A DNA stretch of 24,000 nucleotides from Gottfriedia acidiceleris (GCF_050457485.1 NZ_JBCMJM010000017.1:315985-339984), one strand, 5' to 3'. Counted from the stretch's first letter, positions 11,966 through 21,983 are shown. Program-made: numbers and translations. The notes: generated by a model from the letters alone, not told the origin.

Positions 11966-11990
11966 ATCAATAATTCATTTGCTATTCTCA

Positions 11991-13091
11991 TTAAACATTA
12001 AATCGGAAATGCATTACATCTCCATCTTGTACGATATACTCTTTACCTTCAAGACGTACTTTACCTGCTTCTTTTGCTGCTGTCATGTTACCATAAGTCG
12101 CTAAATCTTCAAAAGAAACTGTTTCTGCGCGGATAAAGCCACGTTCGAAGTCACTATGAATTACGCCAGCACATTGTGGAGCTTTCATACCTTTTTTAAA
12201 TGTCCAAGCTCTTACTTCTTGTACACCTGCAGTGAAATAAGTTGCCAATCCTAATAAAGAATAAGCTGCACGAATTAATTGATCTAAACCTGATTCTTCA
12301 ATTCCAAGTTCTTGAAGGAATGTACGTTTCTCTTCATCATCTAACTCAGCAATTTCTTCTTCAATTTTTGCACTAATTACAATTACTTGAGAACCTTCTT
12401 CAGCTGCAAATTCTCTTACTTTTTCAACGTATTCGTTTGATGAAGCGTCTGCGATGTCTTCTTCACCAACATTTGTGATGTAAAGCATTGGCTTAGTCGT
12501 TAATAAATGTAATCCTTTTACTACTTTCATTTGCTCTTCCGTAAACTCTACTGAACGAGCTGGCTTGTCATTTTCAAATGCTTCTCTTAATTTTACTAAA
12601 ATTTCATGTTCATAAGATGCATCTTTATCTTTTTGTTTCGCTAATTTAGCTACACGGTCAATACGTTTTTCAACTGATTCTAAGTCTGCAAGAATTAGTT
12701 CTAAGTTAATTGTTTCAATATCTGCAATTGGATCTACTTTTCCAGATACGTGAGTAATATTATCATCTGCAAAGCAACGTACTACTTGGCAAATTGCGTC
12801 CACTTCACGAATATGAGATAAAAACTTATTTCCTAATCCTTCACCTTTACTTGCACCTTTAACGATCCCTGCGATATCAGTAAATTCAAAAGTTGTTGGA
12901 ACAGTTTTTTTAGGTTGAACTAATTCAGTTAATTTTTCTAAACGATAATCTGGTACTTCTACTACACCTACGTTTGGATCAATTGTACAAAACGGATAGT
13001 TAGCTGATTCAGCACCCGCTTGTGTAATTGCATTAAATAATGTCGACTTTCCTACGTTTGGTAATCCTACGATTCCTGCTGTTAATGGCAT
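11991..13091 (-). CDS. ychF: Redox-regulated/ribosome-associated ATPase YchF (Obg family)
   Basis: [68 protein letters not shown]. The extra MEN of the ORF track comes from a GTG inside the RBS region; ATG at 13091 is preceded by AGGAGTGG. Confidence 0.96.
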   Translation of the reverse strand: MPLTAGIVGLPNVGKSTLFNAITQAGAESANYPFCTIDPNVGVVEVPDYRLEKLTELVQPKKTVPTTFEFTDIAGIVKGASKGEGLGNKFLSHIREVDAICQVVRCFADDNITHVSGKVDPIADIETINLELILADLESVEKRIDRVAKLAKQKDKDASYEHEILVKLREAFENDKPARSVEFTEEQMKVVKGLHLLTTKPMLYITNVGEEDIADASSNEYVEKVREFAAEEGSQVIVISAKIEEEIAELDDEEKRTFLQELGIEESGLDQLIRAAYSLLGLATYFTAGVQEVRAWTFKKGMKAPQCAGVIHSDFERGFIRAETVSFEDLATYGNMTAAKEAGKVRLEGKEYIVQDGDVMHFRFNV

Positions 13092-13191
13092 ATTTTCCAC
13101 TCCTATACGAACTTAGTTAATCTTTCACAATTATATTGATTTCAAAAAAAAATAACAAGAAAATCTGAATATTAATTCTAAACATACGAAA

Positions 13192-13235
13192 GGTATCTAA
13201 TACAAGCGATTCTTCAAATCGCCCTACTAGATACC
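13192..13235. repeat. Nested inverted repeat in the yyzM-ychF intergenic region
   Basis: ggtatcta (13192-13199) / tagatacc (13228-13235) outer arms, gcgatt (13206-13211) / aatcgc (13217-13222) inner arms, 5 nt loop. Confidence 0.7.
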
Positions 13236-13254
13236 CATTGATTTAAAAATCGTC

Positions 13255-13452
13255 CTACTCTTCAGATCGTACTAAAACTTTTTTTAATTTTCGTGTGAAC
13301 TCTCTGCGAGGTATTAAAACGCTATGCTCACATCCCTCACATTTTAATCGAATGTCCATACCCATTCGAATAATTTTCCATCTGTTCACTCCACAAGGAT
13401 GAGGTTTTTTCATTTCTACTATATCATTTAGGTTAAATTCTTTTTCTTCCAT
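13255..13452 (-). CDS. yyzM: DUF951 family small protein (YyzM-like)
   Basis: 65 aa; DIVEMKKPHPCGVNRWKIIRMGMDIRLKCEGCEHSVLIPRREFTRKLKKVL; conserved position next to ychF. Confidence 0.85.
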   Translation of the reverse strand: MEEKEFNLNDIVEMKKPHPCGVNRWKIIRMGMDIRLKCEGCEHSVLIPRREFTRKLKKVLVRSEE

Positions 13453-13489
13453 GTGAAAACTTCACTTCCTTAAAATAGTAGCATACAAA

Positions 13490-14386
13490 CTATACATTCG
13501 CATTTTCATTTTTAGTTTCTGGTTGTTTATATAATACCATCTTTGGATACGAAATTTCTATGTTATTTCTTTCAAGTACTTCCTTAATTTCTTTTCGAAT
13601 TGCTCTAGAAATTTTAAACTGTGTCATTGCTCTAACTTCTGAAGAGATTCGCAATGTTACTTCAGATGGACCTAAGTTTTGTATCCCAAGAAATTCTGGA
13701 GGTTTTACCATTTCTTCATATCTAGCTGGCATAGTTTCTAAATGTTCTTCAATTACATTTTGTGCATGTTCAATATCGCCCTCATATGAAATACTAACAT
13801 CGACCAATGCCACAGCATTATGTAATGAAAAATTGGTTACTTCAGTAATCATTCCATTTTGGATGATATGAAGCTCACCAGTTCCGCTTCTAATTTTAGT
13901 TGTTTTTAAACCAATTGATAGTACTGTTCCTTCGAAAGTTTGAACTCTAATGTAGTCACCAACTGAAAATTGATCTTCAAACAAAATAAAAAATCCAGAA
14001 ATGATATCTTTTACTAAGCTTTGTGCACCAAAACCAATTGCTACGCCACCTATTCCTGCTCCAACTAAAAGTCCTTTTATTTCCACACCAAATATCGGGA
14101 GAATCGTTAAAGCAGCAATAAAGAATATGACATATGCAAGTACATTTTCCATCAATTTAATAAGTGTTACTGATCTTCTTTCTGATACTTGTAACGGTCC
14201 TCTAGCATTAACCTTTAAAAGATTACGGATTAACTTTCTTCCGAGTTTTACAGCCAATACTGAAACGATAATAATTAGAGCTATTTTTATTGATGAATTT
14301 AAAATTGTGTCCCATTGTTCCGGAGTTAGCATGCTTTTTTTTATTACTTTTTCAGCATTTTCTATTTTATCTGCTGCATTATTCAT
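13490..14386 (-). CDS. Mechanosensitive ion channel, MscS family
   Basis: 298 aa; GLLVGAGIGGVAIGFGAQSLVKDIISGFFILFEDQFSVGDYIRV, GTVLSIGLKTTKIR, LHIIQNGMI. Confidence 0.93.
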   Translation of the reverse strand: MNNAADKIENAEKVIKKSMLTPEQWDTILNSSIKIALIIIVSVLAVKLGRKLIRNLLKVNARGPLQVSERRSVTLIKLMENVLAYVIFFIAALTILPIFGVEIKGLLVGAGIGGVAIGFGAQSLVKDIISGFFILFEDQFSVGDYIRVQTFEGTVLSIGLKTTKIRSGTGELHIIQNGMITEVTNFSLHNAVALVDVSISYEGDIEHAQNVIEEHLETMPARYEEMVKPPEFLGIQNLGPSEVTLRISSEVRAMTQFKISRAIRKEIKEVLERNNIEISYPKMVLYKQPETKNENANV

Positions 14387-14515
14387 ACTGTCTTTTCCCC
14401 CTATCTATTTTCAAGTGACTTCAATCGTAATACTAAACGAATTATCATTTTAAAACTACAAATATGAACAAATGTAATAATAGTTTAATTTAATAACGAA
14501 GATCGCTTGACGAAA

Positions 14516-14545
14516 GTATAAATTGTTTAAATTTTGCATAAACTA
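14516..14545 (+). promoter_or_regulatory. Candidate sigma-F/sigma-G (forespore) promoter for yyaC
   Basis: GTATA (14516-14520), 15 nt spacer, GCATAAACTA (14536-14545) compared with consensus GYATA-N15-GGNNANAHTR; one mismatch in the -10. Confidence 0.6.
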
Positions 14546-14579
14546 ATACTACTCTCTTAAATGAAAAGTAGGCGATATT

Positions 14580-15167
14580 ATGCAATTTTCAGCAAATCCT
14601 TTGCGTAACCTATTCAAGGATGATTATTCTGTATTTCTAGATGACGAAAACGCTATTAACAGATTTGCAGATCGTTTATGTAAGTCGCTTCCAAGTGTAC
14701 ACACTAAAGAAATTGTTTTTGTATGTATTGGAACTGACCGTTCTACGGGAGACTCTTTAGGTCCTTTAGTTGGAACCATGTTAGGAGAATTAAACTTAAG
14801 TAGGTTTCATTATTATGGTACTCTTGATGAGCCAATTCATGCGTTAAATCTTTCAGAACAACTTGAAAGAATTAAAGGTAAATATAACAATCCATTTATC
14901 ATTGCTGTAGATGCATGTTTAGGCAGAGTAAAAAGTATTGGTAGTGTACGTTTATCCAATGGTCCGTTAAAACCTGGTGCGGCAATGAAAAAAGAATTAC
15001 CTTTAGTTGGCGAAATTAATTTAACCGGAGTTGTAAATGTTAGTGGATTTATGGAATTCTACGTTCTACAAAATACTAGATTAAGCCTTGTAATGAAAAT
15101 GGCTAAGTTTATTGCGAATTCAATTAAAGAAACTGAAAGAAAATTTACGTGCCAATTAGATTTTTAA
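14580..15167 (+). CDS. yyaC: Spore protease-like protein YyaC (DUF1256)
   Basis: 195 aa; EIVFVCIGTDRSTGDSLGPLVGTML, IIAVDACLGRVKSIGSVRLSNGPLKPGAAMKKELPLVGEINLTGVVNVSGFMEF; the one clearly supported plus-strand gene, divergent from the mscS-like gene. Confidence 0.92.
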   Translation: MQFSANPLRNLFKDDYSVFLDDENAINRFADRLCKSLPSVHTKEIVFVCIGTDRSTGDSLGPLVGTMLGELNLSRFHYYGTLDEPIHALNLSEQLERIKGKYNNPFIIAVDACLGRVKSIGSVRLSNGPLKPGAAMKKELPLVGEINLTGVVNVSGFMEFYVLQNTRLSLVMKMAKFIANSIKETERKFTCQLDF

Positions 15168-15208
15168 CATAATAGTTTCCTAACTTTCAATTATAAAAAG
15201 GTCAGATA

Positions 15209-15261
15209 AAAACAAAAAGGGAGTATTAACTGCATTGGAAGCCAACACATTTAATATTCCC
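15209..15261 (-). terminator. Terminator downstream of soj-spo0J
   Basis: gggagtattaa (15219-15229) / ttaatattccc (15251-15261), 11 bp with one G-T, internal ttgg/ccaa. On the minus strand it is followed by TTTTTGTTTTT. Confidence 0.72.
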
Positions 15262-15271
15262 TATTAATAAC

Positions 15272-16108
15272 TCATTTTATAATTGAAAGGATTCTCTCCA
15301 AATCCTCTTTGTTAAAGAATTGGATTTCTATTTTCCCTTTATCTTTAGCCGATTTAATTTTAACTGACGTTCCGAATTTTTCTTGTAAAAGATCCTCATA
15401 CTCACTAAAAAATATGTTTTTAGTCGGAGTTTTCTTTGATGTTTCACGTGAAACATTTTCATTTAGCTCATTGACTAACGTTTCAACTTCACGAACACTT
15501 AGGTTTTTTCCAATTACTTTTAGTGCGGTACCTTCAATTAATCCTTTTCGTTTTAACCCTAAAAGTGCTCTTCCATGCCCCATTGAGAGAGTGCCTTCTT
15601 CAACCATTTTTTGAACAGAGTTAGGTAAAGTTAAAATTCTTAAATAGTTAGCAATATGTGGACGACTTTTTCCAAGTTTCTTTGCCAGTTGTTCTTGTGT
15701 TAAGTGTAATTGTTCAATTAAAGTTTGATATGCTTCAGCTTCTTCAAGAGGATTTAAATCATCTCGCTGTAAATTTTCTAATACAGCTAACTCCATCATT
15801 TGCTCTTCTGTAAGGTCTCTTACAATAACTGGAACTGTATTTAAACCTGCATTTTTTGCAGCGCGATATCGTCTTTCTCCAGCAACGATTTGGAAACCTT
15901 TTATGCTTTTTCTCGCAATGATTGGTTGAAGAATTCCATGTTCAATCACTGACTGAGTTAATTCTAACATTGCAGTCTCATCAAATACTTTGCGAGGTTG
16001 GTATGGGTTAGGTCTAAGTTCTTTTAGATCAATTTCCTGAACTAACTCTTCTTGTTGATTTATATCTTGAAAAAATGCTCCAATACCTTTACCTAAACCT
16101 TTAGCCAT
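15272..16108 (-). CDS. parB: Chromosome partitioning protein ParB / Spo0J
   Basis: MAKGLGKGIGAFFQ...VQEIDLKELRPNPYQPRKVFDETAM..., GERRYRAAKNAGLNTVPVIVRD; HTH LTQEQLAKKLGKSRPHIANYLRIL. Adjacent to soj. Confidence 0.95.
   Translation of the reverse strand: MAKGLGKGIGAFFQDINQQEELVQEIDLKELRPNPYQPRKVFDETAMLELTQSVIEHGILQPIIARKSIKGFQIVAGERRYRAAKNAGLNTVPVIVRDLTEEQMMELAVLENLQRDDLNPLEEAEAYQTLIEQLHLTQEQLAKKLGKSRPHIANYLRILTLPNSVQKMVEEGTLSMGHGRALLGLKRKGLIEGTALKVIGKNLSVREVETLVNELNENVSRETSKKTPTKNIFFSEYEDLLQEKFGTSVKIKSAKDKGKIEIQFFNKEDLERILSIIK
15440..15455. promoter_or_regulatory. parS site within spo0J/parB
   Basis: TGTTTCACGTGAAACA, exact match to Bacillus parS consensus TGTTNCACGTGAAACA. Confidence 0.97.
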
Positions 16109-16862
16109 TATCAATCACTTCCTTTGCTAGATCGAGATATACTTCTGCACCTCTTGACTTTGGATCATATGTAATGATCGGTTTACCATGACTTGGTGCT
16201 TCACTTAAGCGTACATTTCTTGGAATAATTGATTTATAGACGCGATCTTGAAAATATTTTTTTACTTCTTCTATAACTTGGAGCCCTAAATTTGTACGAG
16301 CATCTAGCATTGTTAACAATACACCTTCAATTGCTAAATTTTTATTTAAATGTTTTTGTACTAAACGTACAGTACTTAATAGCTGACTTAAACCTTCAAG
16401 TGCGTAATACTCACACTGAACTGGAATAATAATCGAATCAGATGCAGTTAGTGAGTTTAAAGTTAATAACCCTAGTGATGGAGGACAATCTATTAAAATA
16501 TAATCATAGTTACCTTTTACTGTATCTAAAGCGCGCTTTAATCGTACTTCTCTAGAAATAGTAGGTACTAATTCAATTTCTGCTCCAGCAAGTTGAATTG
16601 TTGCTGGAATAATATCAAAATTTGGAATAGCAGTGTTTAAAATGACATTTTTCGCCTCAACATCATCAACTAATACATTGTAAACGCACTGATTTACATC
16701 AGCTTTTTCAATTCCAATACCACTAGTTGCATTACCTTGAGGATCTATATCGACTAGTAATACTTTTTTTCCTAAGTGAGCTAAACAAGCACTTAAATTT
16801 ACAGATGTTGTAGTCTTACCAACACCACCTTTTTGATTAGCTATAGAGATTACTTTAACCAC
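16101..16862 (-). CDS. soj: ParA-family ATPase Soj
   Basis: VVKVISIANQKGGVGKTTTSVNLSACLAHLGKKVLLVDIDPQGNATSGIG. GTG start at 16862 is preceded by GGAAGGAG, giving 253 aa; the ORF-track start at 16892 lacks homology in its first 10 residues. Confidence 0.95.
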   Translation of the reverse strand: MVKVISIANQKGGVGKTTTSVNLSACLAHLGKKVLLVDIDPQGNATSGIGIEKADVNQCVYNVLVDDVEAKNVILNTAIPNFDIIPATIQLAGAEIELVPTISREVRLKRALDTVKGNYDYILIDCPPSLGLLTLNSLTASDSIIIPVQCEYYALEGLSQLLSTVRLVQKHLNKNLAIEGVLLTMLDARTNLGLQVIEEVKKYFQDRVYKSIIPRNVRLSEAPSHGKPIITYDPKSRGAEVYLDLAKEVIDNG

Positions 16863-16949
16863 TATGTAATCTACTCCTTCCACAACAAACAATTCTTATT
16901 TTCTATTTTACCATGAATAGATTCATCGTTGTGTCTAGATTTAAAAATG

Positions 16950-16984
16950 AATAAAAAAATTCACCACTGAAAAGAGGTGAATTT
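16950..16984 (-). terminator. Terminator downstream of noc
   Basis: aaattcacc (16957-16965) / ggtgaattt (16976-16984), 9 bp perfect stem, followed on the minus strand by TTTTTTT. Confidence 0.82.
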
Positions 16985-16989
16985 AATGT

Positions 16990-17832
16990 TTATTTTTTTG
17001 GTATTTTAATTGTTATTTGGTAATAGTCATCATGTTCTTCTTCTTGACTATCAATATTCATGCCTGTTTTAGTAACCATTTGTAAAGATTCACGGATCGT
17101 ATTCATCGCAATTCTAATGTCTTTACTAATGGCCTTAAATTTACGTTTAGCCTTTGGTTTTTTCTCAGTAAGTAATGTAACAACTCGTTCTTCTGTTTGT
17201 TTAACATTCAACTGTTTATCAATTATTTCATGAAGAAGAGTAATTTGTAGTTGAGGCAACTTTAATGGAATAAGTGCTCGTGCATGACGTTCCGTAATCG
17301 ACTTATCCAATAATGCTTGTTGTATTTCCCCAGGAAGCTTCAACAATCTCAGTTTATTTGCAACAGTCGATTGACCTTTACCTAGTCGCTGAGCTAGAGC
17401 CTCTTGAGTTAAGTTATGTAAATCAATTAGTTTTTGGTAAGCTACGGCTTCTTCAAAAGGAGAAAGTTCTTCACGTTGTAAATTTTCAATCAGAGCGACG
17501 GAGGCAGTCTCTGTATCGTTAAACGTTTTTACAATTGCAGGAATTGTATCCCAACCTAAAGATGAAACAGCCCTGAATCTTCTTTCCCCGGCAATTATTT
17601 CATAAAAGTTTGGTCTAATTTCCCTAACGACAATTGGTTGAATAATTCCATGAGTTCGAATCGTTAGCGCTAGTTCTTTAATTTTTTCATCATCAAAGAA
17701 TGTTCTAGGCTGATACTGATTCGGTACAATGTCCGATACTGGAATTTGGCGAATAACTTCATTACTCGAAACCGAATCTTCATTATTTTCTTTTTCTGAT
17801 AAGCCAAATAACCTAGATAATGTGCTTTTCAA
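16990..17832 (-). CDS. noc: Nucleoid occlusion protein Noc (ParB paralogue)
   Basis: [15 protein letters not shown]...[46 protein letters not shown]; sits between rsmG and soj. A TTG start at 17832 preceded by AAGGGTGG fits better than the ORF-track ATG at 17901, which lies in parS. Confidence 0.9.
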   Translation of the reverse strand: MKSTLSRLFGLSEKENNEDSVSSNEVIRQIPVSDIVPNQYQPRTFFDDEKIKELALTIRTHGIIQPIVVREIRPNFYEIIAGERRFRAVSSLGWDTIPAIVKTFNDTETASVALIENLQREELSPFEEAVAYQKLIDLHNLTQEALAQRLGKGQSTVANKLRLLKLPGEIQQALLDKSITERHARALIPLKLPQLQITLLHEIIDKQLNVKQTEERVVTLLTEKKPKAKRKFKAISKDIRIAMNTIRESLQMVTKTGMNIDSQEEEHDDYYQITIKIPKK

Positions 17833-17880
17833 TGTGATTCCCACCCTTTTAGAATTTCGTTCACAATAGAATAAACATAA

Positions 17881-17904
17881 CAAATGTTTCACGTGAAACA
17901 TTTG
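17881..17904. promoter_or_regulatory. parS site between noc and rsmG (24-bp perfect palindrome)
   Basis: CAAATGTTTCACGTGAAACATTTG; core TGTTTCACGTGAAACA at 17885-17900. Confidence 0.97.
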
Positions 17905-17917
17905 TTAGTTTATCATA

Positions 17918-18637
17918 TTAAACCTCTAATGGTTCTTTACCAGGGGTACCCGGTTTGCGGGGGTACTTAGTTGGTGTTTTGCGTTTCTTTTCTACTATAA
18001 CAATATTTCGATCACTGTCTTCGCTTGGGAGAGTGAAGTGATTAATTGATTTAACTTCTCCACCAAGTGTTTTTATAGCATAATTTGCTTTATCCAACTC
18101 TTCTTGACCGGCAGCGCCTTTAAGTGCAACAAAATAGCCATTTTGTCTAACAAGTGGTAAGCATAATTCAGTTAACACTGACATTCTAGCAACTGCTCTA
18201 GCAGTTACAACATCGAAAGATTCTCTCATACCAGTTCTTTTAGCAAAAGTTTCTGCTCGATCATGAATAAATGATACATTCTCTAATTGTAATTCCTTCG
18301 CTAAATGGTTTAGAAATGTAATCCTTTTTTGAAGGGAGTCTACGATCGTTAATTTGATAGATGGGAAACATATTTTAATTGGGATAGAGGGGAAGCCCGC
18401 TCCTGCACCAATATCACATAAAGTAATTTCATTAGCAAAGTCAAAATAAAAGGCAGCGCTAATTGAATCATAAAAATGTTTTAAATATACTTCTTCTTCT
18501 TCTGTAATAGCAGTTAAGTTCATTTTATTATTCCACTCAACTAATGTGTGAAAATATATATCAAATTGTTTTAATTGAAAATCTGACAAATGGATTCCTT
18601 TATCTTTAAGAGCAGCGATAAATTGTTCTTTATTCAC
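17918..18637 (-). CDS. rsmG: 16S rRNA (guanine-N7)-methyltransferase RsmG (GidB)
   Basis: 239 aa; [61 protein letters not shown]. Confidence 0.96.
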   Translation of the reverse strand: MNKEQFIAALKDKGIHLSDFQLKQFDIYFHTLVEWNNKMNLTAITEEEEVYLKHFYDSISAAFYFDFANEITLCDIGAGAGFPSIPIKICFPSIKLTIVDSLQKRITFLNHLAKELQLENVSFIHDRAETFAKRTGMRESFDVVTARAVARMSVLTELCLPLVRQNGYFVALKGAAGQEELDKANYAIKTLGGEVKSINHFTLPSEDSDRNIVIVEKKRKTPTKYPRKPGTPGKEPLEV

Positions 18638-18658
18638 TAGTAATACCCCTATCTATTA

Positions 18659-20545
18659 TTAGTTCGATATTCTTGCAATTTTTCCTTGTTCTAAATAAAC
18701 AAGTAGAATTGAAATATCTGCTGGATTAACACCAGATATACGAGAAGCTTGACCTACTGATAGAGGACGAACTTGCTCAAGCTTTTGTCTTGCCTCAGTA
18801 GCAAGGCCGTGAATAGCTTGATAATCGATATTTTCAGGGATTTTCTTTAAATCCATTCTTTTCATACGTTCTACTTGATTTAATGATTTTTCAATATAAC
18901 CTTCATACTTAATTTGTATTTCAACTTGTTCTTTAACATCTGAATGTAAGTCTTTTTCAGATGGAGCAAGAAGATGGATATGCTCATAAAGCATTTCAGG
19001 ACGACGTAAAAGATCTGCTGCACGAATGCCATCTTTCAGTTCGCTACCACCATTTTTTGCAATTAATTCCTGTACTTCTTTTGTCGGTCTTAATTGCGTT
19101 GCTTTTAAACGCTCTATTTCTTCTTCAATTAACATTTTCTTTTGTTCAAACTCTGCATATCTTTCATCATTTATTAAACCAAGTCTTTGTCCGATTTTAG
19201 TTAAACGTAAATCGGCATTATCGTGACGTAATAATAATCGATATTCTGCTCTAGAAGTAAGAAGACGGTATGGTTCATTTGTCCCTTTAGTTACTAGGTC
19301 ATCTATTAAAACACCAATGTAAGCTTCAGAGCGATCTAAAATTAACTCTTCTTTATCTAGTGAACGACATGCAGCGTTAATTCCTGCGATTAAACCTTGA
19401 CCCGCTGCTTCTTCATAACCCGAAGTTCCGTTAATTTGACCAGCAGTATACAGGTTCTTAATTTGCTTAAGTTCCAATGTTGGCCATAATTGAGTAGGTA
19501 CAATCGCATCATATTCAATTGCATATCCAGTTCTCATCATTTGAACATTTTCAAGACCTGCAATCGAACGTAGCATCTTTTCCTGTACATCTTCAGGTAA
19601 ACTAGTTGATAATCCTTGTACATAAACTTCTTGAGTATTTCTTCCTTCTGGCTCTAAGAAAATTTGATGTCTCGGTTTATCATTAAATCGGACAACTTTA
19701 TCCTCAATAGAAGGACAATAACGTGGCCCAGTACCTTTAATCATACCAGAGTACATCGGCGAACGGTGTAAGTTATCGTCGATGATCTGATGTGTAGTTT
19801 CACTTGTATATGTTAACCAACAAGGAATTTGTTCTGTTTCAACTGGTTCTGTTTCGAATGAAAATGCACGAGGTACATCATCGCCAGGTTGTATTTCAGT
19901 TTTTGAATAATCAATACTATGACTATTTACACGAGGAGGCGTACCTGTTTTAAAACGAACAAGTTCAATTCCTAATTCCTCTAAGTGCTCAGAAAGCTTA
20001 ATTGCTGGTTGTTGGTTATTAGGACCACTTGAGTATTTTAATTCTCCTACAATAATTTCTCCACGTAAGAAAGTTCCAGTTGTAATGACAACTGTTTTTG
20101 AACGATAAATTGCACCAGTTTGCGTAATTACACCTGTGCATTGTCCATCTTCTACAATTAATCTTTCTACTAATCCTTGCTTTAGTGTTAGATTCTCTGT
20201 ATTTTCAATAGTTTTCTTTAATTCATGTTGATAAGCAAATTTATCCGCTTGAGCACGCAATGCGCGTACTGCCGGACCTTTACCCGTATTTAACATTCTC
20301 ATTTGAATATGTGTTTTATCGATATTTCGACCCATTTCACCGCCAAGTGCATCAATTTCACGTACAACAATCCCCTTGGCAGGACCACCTACTGATGGGT
20401 TACAAGGCATAAATGCGACCATATCAAGATTTATTGTCAGCATTAGTGTTTTTGCACCCATTCGAGCAGATGACAAACCGGCTTCACATCCAGCATGACC
20501 AGCTCCAATAACGATTACATCATAATTGCCTGCTTCAAAACTCAT
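18659..20545 (-). CDS. mnmG: tRNA uridine-5-carboxymethylaminomethyl modification enzyme MnmG (GidA)
   Basis: [67 protein letters not shown]. The ORF track adds 36 non-homologous residues upstream (start 20653). Confidence 0.97.
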   Translation of the reverse strand: MSFEAGNYDVIVIGAGHAGCEAGLSSARMGAKTLMLTINLDMVAFMPCNPSVGGPAKGIVVREIDALGGEMGRNIDKTHIQMRMLNTGKGPAVRALRAQADKFAYQHELKKTIENTENLTLKQGLVERLIVEDGQCTGVITQTGAIYRSKTVVITTGTFLRGEIIVGELKYSSGPNNQQPAIKLSEHLEELGIELVRFKTGTPPRVNSHSIDYSKTEIQPGDDVPRAFSFETEPVETEQIPCWLTYTSETTHQIIDDNLHRSPMYSGMIKGTGPRYCPSIEDKVVRFNDKPRHQIFLEPEGRNTQEVYVQGLSTSLPEDVQEKMLRSIAGLENVQMMRTGYAIEYDAIVPTQLWPTLELKQIKNLYTAGQINGTSGYEEAAGQGLIAGINAACRSLDKEELILDRSEAYIGVLIDDLVTKGTNEPYRLLTSRAEYRLLLRHDNADLRLTKIGQRLGLINDERYAEFEQKKMLIEEEIERLKATQLRPTKEVQELIAKNGGSELKDGIRAADLLRRPEMLYEHIHLLAPSEKDLHSDVKEQVEIQIKYEGYIEKSLNQVERMKRMDLKKIPENIDYQAIHGLATEARQKLEQVRPLSVGQASRISGVNPADISILLVYLEQGKIARISN

Positions 20546-20565
20546 CTTTTCTCCTCCTAACCATT

Positions 20566-21942
20566 TTATTTTCCTAAACAGAATTGAGAAAATAGCTGGT
20601 TGATTAAACTTTCCTGAACTGTATCTCCAATGATTTCGCCTAACAATTCCCATGCTCTTGTTAAGTCAATCTGTACTAAGTCAATCGGCATACCATTTTT
20701 CATCGCCTCAATTGCGTCATTAATTGTCTGTTCTGATTGTTTTAATAGCGCAATATGTCTAGCATTAGATAAATATGTTAAATCTTGTGCCTCAATTTGC
20801 CCTTCAAAATATAAGTTGGCAATTGCTTTTTCTAAATCATCAATTCCTTTTTCTTCTTTTAAGGAAGTCGTAACAATTGTAGCATTACCAACTAACGCTT
20901 TTACTTCATCCATATCAAGCTTTTGTGGCAAATCTGTTTTGTTAATGATCACAATTACATCTTTACCGCTCATTTCACCAAATAATTTACGGTCTTCTTC
21001 ACTTAATTGCTCATTATTATTTAAAACAAATAAAACTAAGTCAGCCAAATTCAATACTTTTTTAGATCTTTCAACACCAATTGCTTCTACAACATCTTTA
21101 GTTTCACGAATACCGGCTGTATCAATTAGGCGTAATGGCACACCTTTTACATTTACGTATTCTTCAATAACATCACGCGTTGTACCTGGAATATCAGTAA
21201 CAATTGCTTTACTTTCTTGGACAAGTGTATTTAAAAGAGACGATTTCCCAACATTCGGTCTACCTATAATGACAGTAGATAGTCCTTCACGTAAAATTTT
21301 ACCTTGTTTTGATGTTTCTAGCAGTTTTTGTATTTCAACTCGAACTGTTTTTGCTTTTTCAATTAAAACAGTATTGGTCATTTCTTCAACATCATCATAT
21401 TCAGGATAATCAATATTTACTTCAATATGAGCTAAAATCTCAAGTAATGTTTGTCTTAAGCTATTAACTAGCTTAGACAATCGACCTTCTACTTGATTCA
21501 TCGCGATTGCCATTGCCCTGTCAGTCTTTGAACGAATTAAATCCATTACTGCTTCTGCCTGAGATAAGTCAATTCGTCCATTAAGAAATGCTCTTTTTGT
21601 AAATTCACCAGGCTCCGCTAATCTAGCCCCTTGTGATAGTACTAATTCAAGTACTTTGTTAACTGAAAAAATTCCACCGTGACAATTTATTTCGACAACA
21701 TCTTCACGTGTAAACGTTTTTGGTGCCCTTAAGATCGAGACCATAACTTCCTCAACAGTATTACCGGAACTTGGGTCAACTAAATGTCCGTAATGAATTG
21801 TGTGTGAATCTACTATATTTAAATCTTTTTCTTTAAATAATTTATTCGCTATTTGAACAGCTTCATCGCCACTTAATCGAACGATGGCAATTGCACCTTC
21901 GCCTTTTGGTGTCGAAATCGCTGTAATTGTATCGAATTCCAT
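20566..21942 (-). CDS. mnmE: tRNA modification GTPase MnmE (TrmE/ThdF)
   Basis: [52 protein letters not shown]-terminal FCLGK. Confidence 0.97.
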   Translation of the reverse strand: MEFDTITAISTPKGEGAIAIVRLSGDEAVQIANKLFKEKDLNIVDSHTIHYGHLVDPSSGNTVEEVMVSILRAPKTFTREDVVEINCHGGIFSVNKVLELVLSQGARLAEPGEFTKRAFLNGRIDLSQAEAVMDLIRSKTDRAMAIAMNQVEGRLSKLVNSLRQTLLEILAHIEVNIDYPEYDDVEEMTNTVLIEKAKTVRVEIQKLLETSKQGKILREGLSTVIIGRPNVGKSSLLNTLVQESKAIVTDIPGTTRDVIEEYVNVKGVPLRLIDTAGIRETKDVVEAIGVERSKKVLNLADLVLFVLNNNEQLSEEDRKLFGEMSGKDVIVIINKTDLPQKLDMDEVKALVGNATIVTTSLKEEKGIDDLEKAIANLYFEGQIEAQDLTYLSNARHIALLKQSEQTINDAIEAMKNGMPIDLVQIDLTRAWELLGEIIGDTVQESLINQLFSQFCLGK

Positions 21943-21960
21943 CAAAAAATCACCTCGGAG

Positions 21961-21983
21961 CATGTTAAACAAAAGTTAACATG
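21961..21983. repeat. Inverted repeat in the mnmE 5' leader
   Basis: catgttaa (21961-21968) / ttaacatg (21976-21983), 8 bp perfect arms and 7 nt loop, directly upstream of the mnmE SD. Confidence 0.65.

Noticed and set aside
14001-14453. 150-aa plus-strand ORF
   Set aside because: It is antisense to the MscS-family gene and low complexity, with no SD or family signal; the true plus-strand gene starts at 14580.
17580-17600. CCCCGG-containing stretch in noc resembling a Noc-binding site (ATTTCCCGGGAAAT)
   Set aside because: The match is imperfect and the bases are explained by the conserved IIAGERRFR codons.
17935-17970. GTACCC/GGGTAC inverted repeat at the end of rsmG
   Set aside because: It is explained by the conserved C-terminal [14 protein letters not shown] coding sequence; there is no U-tract.
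20630-21409. 259-aa plus-strand ORF
   Set aside because: It is antisense to mnmE; serine/isoleucine-rich composition is typical of antisense shadow ORFs. Its length alone is not evidence of coding.
21695-21720. TTCACGTGTAAAC sequence in mnmE as a degenerate parS
   Set aside because: It has several mismatches outside CACGTG and no palindromic arms. TCACGTGT at about 3062 in walR was rejected for the same reason.
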